This document shows, in pieces, positions 25,300 through 39,500 of a DNA stretch of 64,000 bases (position 1 is the stretch's first letter; each line of letters starts with the position of its first letter). Origin of the DNA: Nageia nagi (Eukaryota > Plantae > Pinophyta); the NCBI GenBank assembly GCA_050084985.1, contig JBITNC010000002.1, positions 38,502,001 through 38,566,000 on the forward strand, written 5' to 3'. Both the position numbers and the translations under genes were made by a program. The notes below the pieces were generated by a model, which saw nothing but the letters and a program-made list of their open reading frames with translations, did no database searches and had not been told where the DNA came from.

Positions 25300-28200
25300 A
25301 TATATCTTTGAATTCCATATCGACCAAGTATTTCTACTTGTATGAATCTTGCACAAAAGGATAAAGTTTTAAAATGGTACTTAGACCTATAATGGATGTT
25401 TGAATTGGTGGTTATGATAACATGTCTACAATCTTGTTCGTACTTCCCTTCTTGTACTTGATGATATGAGATGATATTGTTGTAAGAAGCCCATTCACCT
25501 AAAATACCTTGCCTATTGTAATTTTGATTGAGTTTGCAATTAGTGTAACAACTGGTGGTTAGTGTGGATGATGATTTCATTTCCTAATAGATAATGCTTC
25601 CACTTATTTATAGCTTGTACTAGAGAAATTTTTTTTTTATCATAGATTGGGTAATTCAATATTACTCCACTAAGCTTTTTAGAATGATAACATACATGTT
25701 TCCTTCATTGCATTAACACTACTCCAATTGCATATTCTCTAGCATATATTTCTATCTCAAATGGCTACTGCAGGTTAGGAAATGCTAAGATAGGTGCATT
25801 GATAATCTTCTTCTTAAAGGAGTTAAATGCACTCTATTATTTTCTACTCCATTGAAAAGTAGACCTCTTTCTAGTTATATCATGCAATGGGGATGTTATA
25901 AAACCACTCCTCTTAGTGAAGAAAATAACATTTCTTAGCTGGTCTAAGAGATCATCTATTGTTAGCAATGGGTATCTATTCTTGATGGTGATCTTGTTTA
26001 ATACTTGGTAGTCAATGCACATCCTCCAAGATCCATCCTTATTTAGAACTAAGATTACTGATATTGAACCACAAGGTTTAGTTTGATCAATCCTTTATTG
26101 AGCAATTTGTAAATCTACCTCTTTACCTCCTCTATTTTAGACTATATATAAATTCAAATGTTGGGAAGAGTAGCATCCAACATTGATTGGATTTCATGCT
26201 AGATGGATCTCTTTGGTAGTAGTCCCTTCAAATCCTCAAATAACTCAACATATTCTTCTAACAAGAACTAGACTTGTTGATCCTCATTTCTCAATGTTGT
26301 TCCTAAACTTAACATTATCTTAAGTCCCTCAAATTCCTTTGGTTAGATCATTACAATCATATATTTCTTGATAACACTAATGAGTTTATTGGCATGGTCA
26401 GCTATCACCAACTCCATCTTGTTCCTACTTTTATGAGCATTGATTATATACTTTGCACCATATTTTATAATCCAATATTGGTTCAACTTCCTAAAATAGA
26501 TTCCATCTCTATCCCACAAATATGGAAAAGTCTCCACCTTCAACCTACTCAACCAAACTTCTAAGATGAGATTGGCTTGAGATTTAGGATCATAGACAAC
26601 ATCAATATGATTTTTCTTGGCTTGGATCTTGATATGAAATAGTTGTGTTCTATGATGCTCCATTATTGTACCAACTTACCTTTGAACTATTACACATATT
26701 ATTTCATTATCAACATCAAAACTATCATTTACTATCTCTCCTTTTGTATTCATGGTTACCTTCTTTCCCTTCCTCTTTCCCTTCCTTACTGCCATTGCTT
26801 TATCCTTCTTCTCTAAATGGAGGTCCCAATAGTCATCAACAACATCTCCATCTTGTCACAATGAAAATAATGCTTACTAGGTTTGGTAGTAATTGTGGTC
26901 TTCTTCTCTGATTATTTCTTATTCTCCTTATCTTGGGATTTACCTTTCTTTTGTTATCCAGTATGGCCTACTACTTTGGAATTCTCAAATTACCTCCTTT
27001 TCTTCCTATCTTCCTTTAGGTACTATGTTTGTATAAAAAATCTATCAAGTTTAGTAGGGTCAAATACCTTTATTATTTTCTATAAATAAGAATGTAAACC
27101 TCCAACATATTTCATCAGCACACTAGGATCCTTTATAGAAAGTCCCAATTCAATATATTATTGTTGTAATTTTATGGTATATTCTTAGATGGATTGGCCT
27201 CTATTTTATATCAAGAATTACCACTCCATCATTTGTTTCTTGTGGTATCCTAATGGATAAAATTATTCCTCCAACAACTTCTTGAATTCTCCCCATGACA
27301 CAATAGATAATTGGTTCTCATGCCTTAGGGAATCATCATAGGCTTCCCACCACATCAAAGCATATCCACCTAACTTTAGTCTTACAAATGATATCTTTGT
27401 CAAATCACTAACCATATTATGCACTTGTAAGTACACTTATAGTTTCTTCAAGAAGTTATACAACTCCTTTGTATGCATCTCTCCTTCAAAATTTGGAATC
27501 TCTACCTTGGCCTTTATCTTGTATCTAGTAAAGGATTTATCGGTAGTGGTGGAGTTGAAGATGATTTATCACTATCTTGTTTTCATCCAATTAGTTATGC
27601 CTCCTCATAGGGTTGTCTAGTAATCAAGTTAATAAGTGATCTAGACAAAGTGGCTTTCATTGTGGTAAATTTACTTAGAAAATCATCATTATCATATTGG
27701 AAAGCATGAGGAGAATCCTCTTCAGGAATATTATCCATTTAATCTTCTCTCCTTCTTCTTCCAATCTCAGCATCTTCAAGTAACAATTTAGGATTTTGAC
27801 TCCCTCTCCTTTGCATCCATATTCTCAAATCAAAATTTACTATGATACCACTTGATTTGTAAATTCTTTAAGCTCATAGCCTTAAAAGAGTCATCACATA
27901 AAAATTTTATTATTAATTTAGAAATGTAATGTTAGTGGATTTAACCATTCAATATGTTCATTCTACTACAAATTATAAACATGAATGAAAAAGAAAATCA
28001 TACAACATCCATAATGACACAAGTATTTTTACAAGGTTCCTCTCATTATGAGAATACATACACGATAACTATAGTCTTCAAATCTATCAATTACTATGAA
28101 ATTTGATTATAATAAGGATGAATCCCTTGTTTGTGTCCTTGACATAAGAATAAATCTTTATACAAGAAATTACACCTTAAACATCAATGAAATAGAAATA

Positions 28201-28600
28201 CACTATCTATTTTGTGCCTTTGAAATCTCTCTCCCCCTTTTTCAAACTCTTGGACTTCATTTTTGTTAACACCTCTAAGGTAGTTTTATTTCCATACCTT
28301 ATTCCAATAATCAAACCATCAACTAGGTTATTACAACTTCTTCATTTGATGGTGAACCACATCATCCAATGATTTGGATTCTTTCATGCTCTTGTATGTT
28401 TTCCTAATTTCCAAGTGGATGTATTCAAGTGGATAATGATCTTTCTAATAGCCTATTGAATTGGCTAGGTATCCAAAAGTATTATTAGGTGATAACTTAC
28501 CATGTTAGGTGTCTAATTCCTTTGGCTGAATGCTAGACATTTTACTATTGATTTCACCAACTCTAAGGTGTCTATCATAGTGCAAAAATGCAAGATTGGA
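25300..28600 (-). mobile_element. Degenerate, internally deleted Ty3/gypsy element (5' LTR from 27853 rightwards; outer boundaries approximate)
   Basis: Minus-strand PBS TGGTATCATAG at 27840-27850 after TCA. Gag ALMWWE...SWGEFKKLL; PR YDPKSQANLI; RT WRMCIDYQVLNKITIKNRYPL..IDDLLDQL fused directly to FITSPLH (RT core deleted). Confidence 0.82.
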
Positions 28601-31049
28601 TGTTAAACATCCCATAGTTGATATCATTGACTCCAAGGTATCGATCATGGGATCACTATATAAAAAAGGTAATGTTAGGTGTCAGGTTATCTATTGCTAA
28701 CATCATCAAGCCCAAGGTACCAACTATAGTGTATCAATGTAATATTCAATATCATGCTATCCATTATTGTTATCATCATAGAAAGGTGTTGTTCTTAATT
28801 CAAAAAGGTATAGCATCTCCATTACCGATCCCAATCACCAAGTCTACTAACACCAACTGTAGAGAGGTATTGACCTTAGAGTAAAAAGACATTACATCTC
28901 CTATGATGATGTCATCACCTGATCCACTTATAATCATGATGTATTTGACTTGTTCATCTTTTCAACATCATTGATGCTACTTCAAAATTGACAAGATTCT
29001 TTTCCAAATAAAAAGGATTACCTCTTTACCAAAAATTACAAGATTCTTAAAAGAGTACATGGATCCAATGTTCATCATGGAAATATCTTGTTTGAATTCC
29101 TAGTGTAGATAGATATCCAAATTAGATATCCAATAAGAATTTCCTCATCTCCAACTTGAAGAAAGGGGAAAACTAATTCTTTAATTACATATTGTGGTAA
29201 AGGATTTGGTTTAAAGCCACTAGAATATATGTCACCAAATAGTAGGGCAAGAGCTAACAATATACAATGGTTAAAAACTCATCTAAAATTAGTTTAGGAT
29301 ACCATTGTATATTTTCATGGATAAAAAGTAATGATAATGAACATCAAACAAATCCTACTATAGAAATTAGAGGTTATTCTCACAATAAAGATATATAAGA
29401 GTCTTACCAAGAAATAATAGGAACTTCAATTACTCTAATAATAAGTAACCATGAATATAACACTTATTGATGATTGGTAGAAAACACACATAAAAACCCT
29501 ATAATTACTCTAAAAAAGATTTTTTTTTTTATAAAATCACCAAAGAGGCCATTCAAATTCTACAACAAATGAAAGAGGACCATGAATTGAATTTGGATAA
29601 AATGCAAAGTAAGCTGGTAAAATTTCTAAGGAAGGGAAATATTATTAAATCGATATAAGATTACATGACCATGAAATTCATCATCAAGAACATTCAATAC
29701 CAAGTTCTTCATTGGTTTGCATAAAGAGAAGTCCACTTCTAGGTCTACAATTTTCTATCTTAATAACTAATATCTATAAAGTTAGCTTAGGGTAAGCAAA
29801 AATTTATCACTAGATCTCAAGGTAAAGGGAAAGAAATTACTTTAGAGTTGGCAAGAGAGAATTACTTTTTCTCATGGCTGAAATAAATGAAGTGATATCT
29901 CTTAATATGTAAATTTTTAGGGAAGAGAAATAAATATTTTAGATTTTAGCTATAAATTATGTATTTCTCAAATAGTTGTGTATAATTCTAAATGAAAAAT
30001 ATGATGTTAGAAATCATAAAGTAATCAAGGAAATAAATAAAAGGAATAAGTATATGAAGAATCCAAAATAATATAAAGAAGAAATAATAAATTACCACTT
30101 AGATGAATTTATATAAAATTATGAAGAAATACAACAATTGCTAGATGAATCTACAAAGGAATAAAATATGATTTATTATAACAAAAGCTTTGGAGATAAG
30201 ATTGAATCATAAAACTATAAACTAATCCAAGAAAAACCAATCAAAGTCCAAAACATAGAAGATTAATAACCAATTTAAAGATTCATTTAGGTAAATGAGC
30301 ATTCTTATCACTATCTTGATGAGATTAGGTTTTTAATAGATCAATTACCTTTAGGAGAAATTTATGTATTAATACAACAAATACTTTATTAACACATATC
30401 TATGTGGTGGTATAAAATATGAAATAAATAAATTTCATCACACTTATATGTGATATTATTGAAGGGATTTAAATAAAAATAAACATCACCATCTGCAAGA
30501 CATAAAATAAAGAAAGATAGAGAAGGAGAATTTGTAAGATATAATTAAAAGAAAAGTCTCAAGGATGAGCCTTAGATTTAAGTTGAAAGCCCATGTTAGT
30601 ATGACATGATTTCATAAATAATTATGGTAACATTCATGGTGATGAAAAGAAAAATGATACTACAATGATATTGATCAATTAAGAATAAAGATTATGAATA
30701 AGTGTTAATCTAGGATAAACTACATAATAACAAATAGTTGCTATGTTGTATAAAAATCACCACTTATCACTACAACCAATCGATGATATACAAAGATAAG
30801 ATCAAGAGAATAAGTAGATTTGATGGATGAGAAGAATGAATGAATAAATATAATAATATAAACTCATCCATCTTGTACTACTATATAATAGGAAATAAAT
30901 TTACTTCTATAATATTATCATACTATATTGATCATCCTTTATAGTCATTTATCATTAAAATGTATATTTTACTCCCCATTTTTAATTTTATTTTCTTAAT
31001 ATAAATATTTCCTCATTTATATTTTTTGTTTATTCTTCTTTTTTTCTTT

Positions 31050-33200
31050 TTTGTCTCATTTGTAGGAAGAACCTATTGATCCAATTCATTCAAATCACCA
31101 AACTAGTCAATATCAACCATTAGTCCTTTCATGCATATGGTGTGACCTAGAAGTTCACCATATGGCATGGTGAATAGGCATTTATTTATATTCAATACAA
31201 TTTATACTTATTTGTATTTATTTAACATCAACATTGGTGCCTAGATATTGTTCTTTAGTGTATCAATAATGGTATAATCACCAAGATAGAATTTCAAAAA
31301 ATCATAAATGAACTCTTTGAAGGCATTCATTATGATGGAATAAAAAATTGTAAAGGTATTTTTTAATCCAAATGGTATCACATTATACATGTAGGATCCC
31401 TATTTGGTGGTGAATGTTGTATCCAAGTGATCCTTCTTGATAATTTTAACTTAACAATAACTTTATAAGCTATAAAAAAATTAATATACTTCTTGAATAG
31501 TAACATTTTCTAAGATTTCTTAAGTAAAGAGCATAGTGAAAGGACCATGTTCACAAGCCTTGTTAAGTTTCCTAAAGTCTACATAAATTCAGATATCACT
31601 AGTTTTATTATATTGAATCACCATGGAGCTAATCTAATCCATGTTATCTACTTATGAGATAATGTATTAAGAATTTTATCAATTGCCTCTTTGACTTTGG
31701 TTTTAACATTAGGATTCAAACAATAAGGTTTATGTTTCCTAGGTTGGCATTCAGGCTTGAGTTGAATGTGTATGAATCTTGATTCATCTTTCATTCCATT
31801 CAATTATATCACATCTTTAGTAAATAAATCTTGATATTCAACTAAGAGTTCAATAAATTTATTTACTTGTTTTGTTTAATAATAGCTAATTATTACCATT
31901 TTCAATTATGACTCTATGAAAATATTGATCTTTTAAGTTTTAATATTTGAGACATATTTTGTAGATTCCATTATTCATAAATTACTTCTCTTTTACCTTT
32001 TACCTTCTTCTTAGCTTTCACCAAGTTTTTCAATTTATCTATTTTTTGTGACTTGAGGAGAAGTGGAGCAGTACCTATCTAGGGGGTCTTGTGAATCTAG
32101 TTCTAGAATCATCAAGGGATAAAAATAATAATTCTCTAATTCTAAGAAGTCCCTACTAAATATTTAGGTCATCATTATAGAAGGTGAAAGTTATAAGAAA
32201 ATCATTTTGGAGTTCTCTCCATTTATTAGTTCCTCTCCTCAATTCTTTTTCAATAAACCAATCTTTAGGATGGTTTCAAGTGTCTAATAGAAGATGTGAG
32301 CCCAAATAGAGGGTTTGTGAGTTCCCTATTATCACCATATTTTCTCGTAGTTTTATATGTATTCCAATGGGATCAATTTACCAATATATGATGATGATGG
32401 ACCCTTAGTTTATTTTGATGATTCAAACTAGAGCTTCAGTTGTTACCAAATTTGATCCCAACATTCAAAACTATGTATATGGGTGCTCCACCATCTAGTT
32501 GTTATGGTGATTAAGGTATCTTCAAGGGATTCTATTCGAATAGATTTATCAATGAATACTCTCTTTATTTGGAGTAATAAATCAAGAAACCGAGCCATTA
32601 TAATTAAGAAAGGTATTATGGGATATACCTTTGGTGATTTTACATATTCTTCTACTAAAAGTTTCTCTAGGAGCTCTTCTATTAATTACATGGTGATCAT
32701 ATTTCATAACATTTTAGTGATTTTAGAATCTTCATTGAAGTCAGCACTATGAATACTTTTTTGTCCATAATTAGTAGGGTTGATATGATCATGAAAACCA
32801 TCATACACTTTTCATGATGTCAACATGTAAAGATCATGGATACTTTCTTGTTAATCATCATTTTTTGAACTACTATCATCAATACTAAAATTTAGTAAGG
32901 TAGTGTATGTTTGGTCCATACCTTTGGTAAGTGATATATGACCTTTGCTTGTTAATTTAGCTTATCATAAGCAAATAATGTCATTTAATATATTTTCATC
33001 CTTATGTACTTTTACCATTAATAATGTATCAAGATCCCAATTTTTAATAAATCATAATTATACAACCATATTTGATCACATTGAATCATTTATTTGATCG
33101 TTGATTGAACCAAGATTGATGTTTATGGTCTCAAATCATAATTTGTGAAAGTCATAATTAGTTTTATAGGATTTTATTATAATTTTTGAAAACTTTAAAA
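31050..33200 (-). pseudogene. Ty3/gypsy (non-chromovirus, Tat/Ogre-like) pol remnant, copy 1
   Basis: Minus strand TTFTTK*GSYMYNVIPFGLKN...AFKEFIYDFLKFYLGD and YVDFRKLNKAC; protease-like INLGSIN at about 33110. Confidence 0.75.
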
Positions 33201-33449
33201 TCTTGATTTTCTTATTAATTTTTAAATTTTCCACATCAAACCATTGATCCACATCAATCAATCATGTATATCAAGGTTAAAAATCCATTTTAAAGCTTAT
33301 TGATACTTGTTTATTAAGAGCCTTTACCTAGTTTTTGATACAACTCATAACATTTAATTTTCTATCTTATTATCATTTCTATAATTTTTATACTCTATTG
33401 ATTTGTTCTTGTCCAAGATATTTTTGAATATGGTATTTGTTTATTATAG

Positions 33450-34160
33450 TCTTGTTGCCATCAATAAGACTTTGTTCATCAAAATTGTTCACTCTTGTTC
33501 CTCGAAGGTTGGGGAGATTGTCATGATGATGGTTGAGATGATCAAACTAAAGGTGGTAGTAGTGGATGGCAGAATACTCCAAATGAGGAAGAGGCAACTA
33601 CAAATTGTTGGGTGGCAATTTTGTTTAATGCCATTAATCCCACGACTAGTATTGAACTCGATTGATGAGATATTCAGGACATCCTAGATCATACCCATTG
33701 GCCACGTATCTTGAAAATATTTGGAAGCATAATAAAGAGTTTAATAAGCATAATCATGTCAACAAAGACACCGAGGAAATTCCCTTCGCTCCCACGCCAC
33801 TAGCCAACCCCTCTGCTCTTCCTACCAATGATTAAATGCATGTTGTAGTCATTTCTACCATGGGCAGTTGTTACCTATCATGATAATATTTGTTGAATAA
33901 ATGCTTAGTGTAGTTTCTCTATGAATTGGATGTTGTGCCACATGCTATGGTGGTTTTTTGCTTTTTATAGTGCTTTTGCTTTCTATGTTGTGAGGTGGCT
34001 ACTTTTAGGTCCTGCCAAGTATCGAGCATTGTGTTGTTGGAAGGATTGATGTGTCCCTTTTTGTTAATGTATGCAATTTCGCATGAGATGTGATTTTTCC
34101 ATCCACTTTACTTTTGTATGACTTAAACTTACATTAATACAAAATTTATCATTTAAAAAA
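33450..34160 (+). mobile_element. Probable 5'-truncated LINE 3' end, present only in duplicate copy 1
   Basis: Absent at the paralogous position (about 59165-59185) and ends in an A-rich tail. No diagnostic motif. Confidence 0.35.
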
Positions 34161-34446
34161 TTAACACCTAAATCCAATTTTTATAGATATATAAAAAATC
34201 AATATTCAAATCCGTGTAGATGAAGATACAAACTCCCATTACATGAATACATTTATCACTCCATATATTTTTTATTTTATCTTTATATAATTTCCATCCA
34301 TTTTCATTATTTCAATCAGTAAAAAATTACAATAATTTATCTATTCATTATCGTAATACATTGATAATTAACTAAATTTATTACTGAATTTTCACTTAAT
34401 AAACCCCCCACAGCTCTATTCCAATGTATTGTAAGATAAACTCTCC

Positions 34447-34911
34447 ATTTACTATTACTTGTCTTTGTTTAATTTTATTCTTACATAGATGCCTTGACTT
34501 TAAGATCATTCTCCCACCAAAAGTACATATGGTTAGCTTTCTAAATTACAGTCCTTGAGACATACGTTGGATGAAACTCAAACCCAGTGTATGAATTCAG
34601 GATTCTTTCTTCCATTCTAAGTCAAAATCCTCTTGGTTTCCACAATTTGGTTATGCTGTCATTTTCTCAAAAACCTCACGAGTCCATGAGAATTTAAATC
34701 AAAAGAAAAAACACAACATCACTTTTGAGTATCATTCCATCAACTCCCCAATAATTTATTCATTTATTTTGATTATGACCTGCGACTTTTATAATTGAAA
34801 TCGCTCCGTCCAGGACAGAAATTCTATTATTTTATCAAAATCCTAACGTTATTTCTCACAACAGTAAAATAGTTCCGGAAGTACTTGGATTTTGTACATT
34901 TATTTTTGGCT
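34447..34911 (-). ncRNA. Highly conserved non-coding block, candidate short Pol II ncRNA unit (copy 1)
   Basis: 5 substitutions and 1 indel versus 59475-59938. CpGs retained. Minus-strand TATAAAA (34787-34793) and AATAAA (34474-34479). Only very short ORFs in the putative transcript. Confidence 0.4.
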
Positions 34912-37900
34912 ATATAGGCTTTTGCACTGTCTGAACACAGAATTTTAAGAACCTTTGAATTGTGGAGATTCAAACCTGTAGATTTCATTATTAATGTATT
35001 GACCTTTGATTGCTTGAACACACGGAATTTTGAGAACCTTTGAATATGAAGATTCAAATTTGTAGGTTTTCTTTTTAATTAACGAATTGATTTTGTATTA
35101 ATCAGTGAAATGTTTGAAGGTTTTCACAAATTTTTACAATTGAAGTATCAATATACACAAAATATTCACACTATATTAATTTATTGCATTATGTCATCAA
35201 GTAATTGAAAAGATACTACAACTACTGTCCATCTAAAAAACAAAGAAAAATCAAACCATCCTAACCCATTGCTGGTATTCTCAAACTGATGCACTCTAGT
35301 CAACATTGATGATAACCATGTGACAGAAGTTGCATAGTTAAAAAACCAAGTTGACCCTTATGAGGTAACAAAATCAGTAATTATGCGGCATAAAAAAATC
35401 TTAAAAAGAATTTAGATGTGAATCATGTGATATTTATGAATAATAGAAATTTATTTGAATAATCGGACAATAACCTATAAAAGTTTTGAATATTTTGATT
35501 TTTGATGGTAATTAATCGTCAATTATTTGGAATAAAGGTTGGTTTTTTTTTTAAAAGATGGGTTGAGTTTATAAGGTTTGTACATCAAGAGATGTTAACA
35601 ATTTAATCTTTTCTTTTCAAGGAAGTTGATAGTTTGATCATCCTTCAATCTGATCTTTGAAATAATATTTTATTTACATTTTACACTTAAAAGATTACTT
35701 AAATTTGTATTACTCAACTTTATCTTAAAAATTAAAAATTTACTTTATTATTATTCTCTAGAAATAACAAATCATTTTAATTGCATAATTTTTGTATTTA
35801 AAAAAGATAAAAATTAAATTTAAGTATCTACATTTTGCAACCTTTAGATATGTGGTAGATGAACTTAAGACCATTTTTCCAAAGTAACAAGAGAAAAATA
35901 TTGTTAGTCTCAATGATATTTCCCTAATTATGGTAACATGATGGTGATAGAGAAATGAACTTATTATGACTTATTTTTGCCTTTCTTCTTATATTTTTAG
36001 CTTAAAATTACTTATAAAACTAAGTTGATGCTTAAGATTTAAAATAAAATAACTTAAAAGTTAAATAATCATATGAGTTCGAAGGTATTCAATATGGTTG
36101 GTACCTTTTATAGGTGACATTAAGGACATTATCACTTCTTGATAGAGATTGCATACCACCTATTTTACATACACATGATAAAACACATATAAAAATTAAT
36201 ATAGAAAAATGTAAGATAAATATGAAATTAATGATAAAATACAACATTATAAGGAAACATGTATATGGTAAGAAATGATGTTTAACATCTACCCAAAGGA
36301 TTTATGACAACCTAATAACATCACCATGAATTTTCCATTGTAGGTCTCTTGATTCCCTAAAGATGAAAAGCAAAATGATACATAATGGATCTCCTATGAA
36401 GGGTTCTTCACTAACCCTAAGGACAAATAAGATAATGGTAGCACCAAAACAAAGTGCATAAAGATCATCATAAATTATTCTCAAATGTTATTCAACTCCT
36501 AAAAGCATGATAATTTCAAGAAGATGATTTACTAGCATGATGTTATCATGGGATTCAAGGATCCTCTAATACCAAAGTACCAGAAGGAAAATCATAAAGA
36601 TATAATTAAGTGCACATAGATGATTCCAAAATGTTAATCAACTCCTAGAATTGTGATATTCTTAAGAATATGATTAGTAACATAAGAACATCATGGAATT
36701 CCCATTAGGGATATTTTAATGCCCTAAAGATTCAAATAGGTAAAGAATAATAAAATATGAAAATAAAAATTATAGTATAAATATTGAATAATTTCATCAG
36801 GAGATAATATAAAATAATATTTTTGTGGATACTAAAAAAATTCCATTAATTTTGTTTTTGCATGTATAATGATTTCTATTAAAGTATTTACCCATTAGTG
36901 TAAATATTTCAAGGGTTTTCTTATAAATATTTCATCAATATTGGAGGTTGACTATTGTATATTTTTATGTCTTGTCATTTTATGATTTTCAGTTGTAATG
37001 TATGGAGACTAATGTGTTTTAGAAGATGACACTAATAATATTATAGCTGATCGATGATTGTCTTATTCTTGATGACCCTTGTATTTTCCCAACCATTGGT
37101 TTCTCCCTTATGTGTCCTCAATCTGCAAAGTTGAAGACATGGTGAAGATTGAAAAGTTTAGTATGCATTTGTATTTATAGTAAGTAAAGGTGTATTGCAT
37201 GCATTAACTTCCTATCTTGATAGAGTTATAAGAGAATGACATTTGAGCAATAACACCTAGCCTAGATGTGTCTCTTACCTCATGATCAATTCAACAAAAT
37301 GTAGTCATAGGAAATGTAATAATCATATGGATAGAAGAGTAGGGAAAAATCATATAAAGAATCATAGATATACAACCTTCACTTCCCATAGTTAAAGATA
37401 TTGTAAAGAGTAAAAAGTAGAGCATGTATCTTTATTTGTAGTAAATAAAGTTGTATTAAATTCTTTAACTTCCCATATTAATAGAGTTGTGAGAGAATTA
37501 TATTTGAGCAAGGGTACATGCAATAAGTTGAGTCCCACTTTAGAGGAAGTTATGGGAATTAGTTTTTTATTAGAATGGGGCAAGGATCCTAGGTCCCCCT
37601 TTGGGATCTTGGGGGTCAGGATCCTAGGCCCTAACACTATAATTTGTAAACAAAGGTTTGTGACTTCATTTCCATGTCATTTCTATCAATATGAGAAGAA
37701 CAGTGAAGGAAATAGTGAAGACTTAGGATCTCAGACCTTGTAGTTAATTTTTGACCTCCCACCCTTTATCGTAGCTATCTGCATTATTCTCCCTTCATGG
37801 TATGCTCTGGAAACTCTCCTTTGGATTTTTTTGGGTAAAAAATGCCTTTTTTTTATTTGAAGTAAGGGTTTCAAGTTTTGGGATAAAAATGATTATTATA

Positions 37901-38879
37901 TTTTGAATAAAAAAGGGTTTTTTATGTTAAAAATGAATTTTTTAGTTTTCATGAATTCTTTATTCAAGACAATCAAAATAATCTTGTTGATTTTGTTAAA
38001 TAGTCATTCAAATAATTAATTGATTTATACTTTATTATATGAATAAAAATTGCTTACCTTTGCACTCTTCTTAGTTGTCTTTAAAACATGCTCAAATGTT
38101 CTTATTTGATATATTCTTTCTTCTATGAGAAATAATAATTTAAAACATGCTCATTACTTTACAAATATAATGATGATAAACTTTATAGTTTTAATGATGT
38201 GTAAGTTAATCATGTTGAGAGCTTGGGATTATGTTGATTGATTTTGTGTATGATCATTCAAAAATGATTTGTGTATGTGTGTGCCATAGCCAAAAGAAAT
38301 GATATTGTATAACCAATCAAGTTATACTAATAAGAACACCCAACCAATAGAATCTCCAAACAATGCCTAATATAATTAAGTATGTTGACCTTACAAAGTG
38401 GTTGTAAAATACCTAATTTAATATATTATTGATGAACCTAATAGGAAACTCAAGATCACATTGAGAAATTTGGGCTCAAATACTAGAATGTTGGATGCAT
38501 GTTCTAGGCCTATGTGAAAGAATGTTGGGTGTTCTAGCTTGCATAGTTGTTTCAAATTATGGTTTCAAATAAAAATACTCTGATGAGTGAACTTCTTGCC
38601 TATATCTTATTACACAAACTTCATCAAAATGAATAATCTCCAATGCTATAATATTATGGTTAGTCCATACACTCTATACCTTTGAGTATTCATGGAATCA
38701 TCCATGTACCTTAATACTTTGCTAAGAAGTTATAAATTACCTCATGTTCTTGCTTGTCTAACATAGTCTCACCATATTACAAATGGAATTTTATGGAAAA
38801 TTTTAACTACCTTTAAATATATTTAAGGGAATTTATTAATCTATCATATATATGAGGGCATCAAAAAAGTCACTAGCAT

Positions 38880-39500
38880 ACAATGATAGTTATAAGTTTT
38901 ACCCATGACCTACATATCTTTAAGGGTGGCTGATATCAACCTTTGGTAGAGGTGGCATGATTAGTTTACTAAAAGACACCTTAGACTCTCATTTTCCAAA
39001 TTAGGAAGTAGATCAAACCTAGATTAGGTTGTTTAGAGGTTATCTTATAGCTTGAGAGTTACCTTCTTAGTTTTTTTAATATTTACATGACCATAGGATG
39101 ATTATCCAATATATTTTTCATTTTTTACCTGGTTAGATTTATCTAGATTCCTCCTACCATCTATCTTGTTTATGGATTCAACATGGTCTTAATATACCTA
39201 TAATAATGTTAAGATTCTTCCAATGTGATTTCCAATTGGAGAGCATGAGGCCTAGATTTTATGAAGAATAAATTAGGGATCATTTCATATCCTAATTATT
39301 TTTGAACACTTCCTCATCCTTTATTATTATTATATGTATGGCTCTTATAGTCAAACTAGTAGTAGGGAGATAATAGAAATCTCAAGTACCTAGATATGAC
39401 TATGATGTCCTCTCCATTTATAGAAGTTATTCTTGAAGCTAGCATCTTTGAACATTCTCTTATATTTTATTTTTCATTAAAACTTATATTCCTTTTTCTC
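38880..39500 (+). mobile_element. Possible decayed L1-type endonuclease fragment nested in the DNA transposon
   Basis: Weak motifs in the expected order: GRGGMISLLK, FFNIY, GFNMV, FEHSLI. Confidence 0.25.

Larger units (their letters stand above)
30265..36540 (+). repeat. Segmental (tandem) duplication, copy 1
   Basis: Collinear with 50865-64000. For example, 30330 pairs with 50940, 32030 with 52676/57685, 34447 with 59475, 35590 with 63180 and 36500 with 63960. Confidence 0.88.

Noticed and set aside
34540-34615. Micro-ORF MEERILNSYTGFEFHPT... resembling the NAC-domain start GFRFHPT
   Set aside because: It stops after 24 codons with no downstream NAC subdomains, so it is not called as a gene.
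34447-34911. Identification of the conserved block as U1/U12 snRNA, telomerase RNA or TAS3
   Set aside because: Only 7-9-nt coincidences (CCTGGACG, ATGCCTT, CAAACCC, CTTGAC). There is no USE element, full telomeric template, tasiARF or miR390 site.
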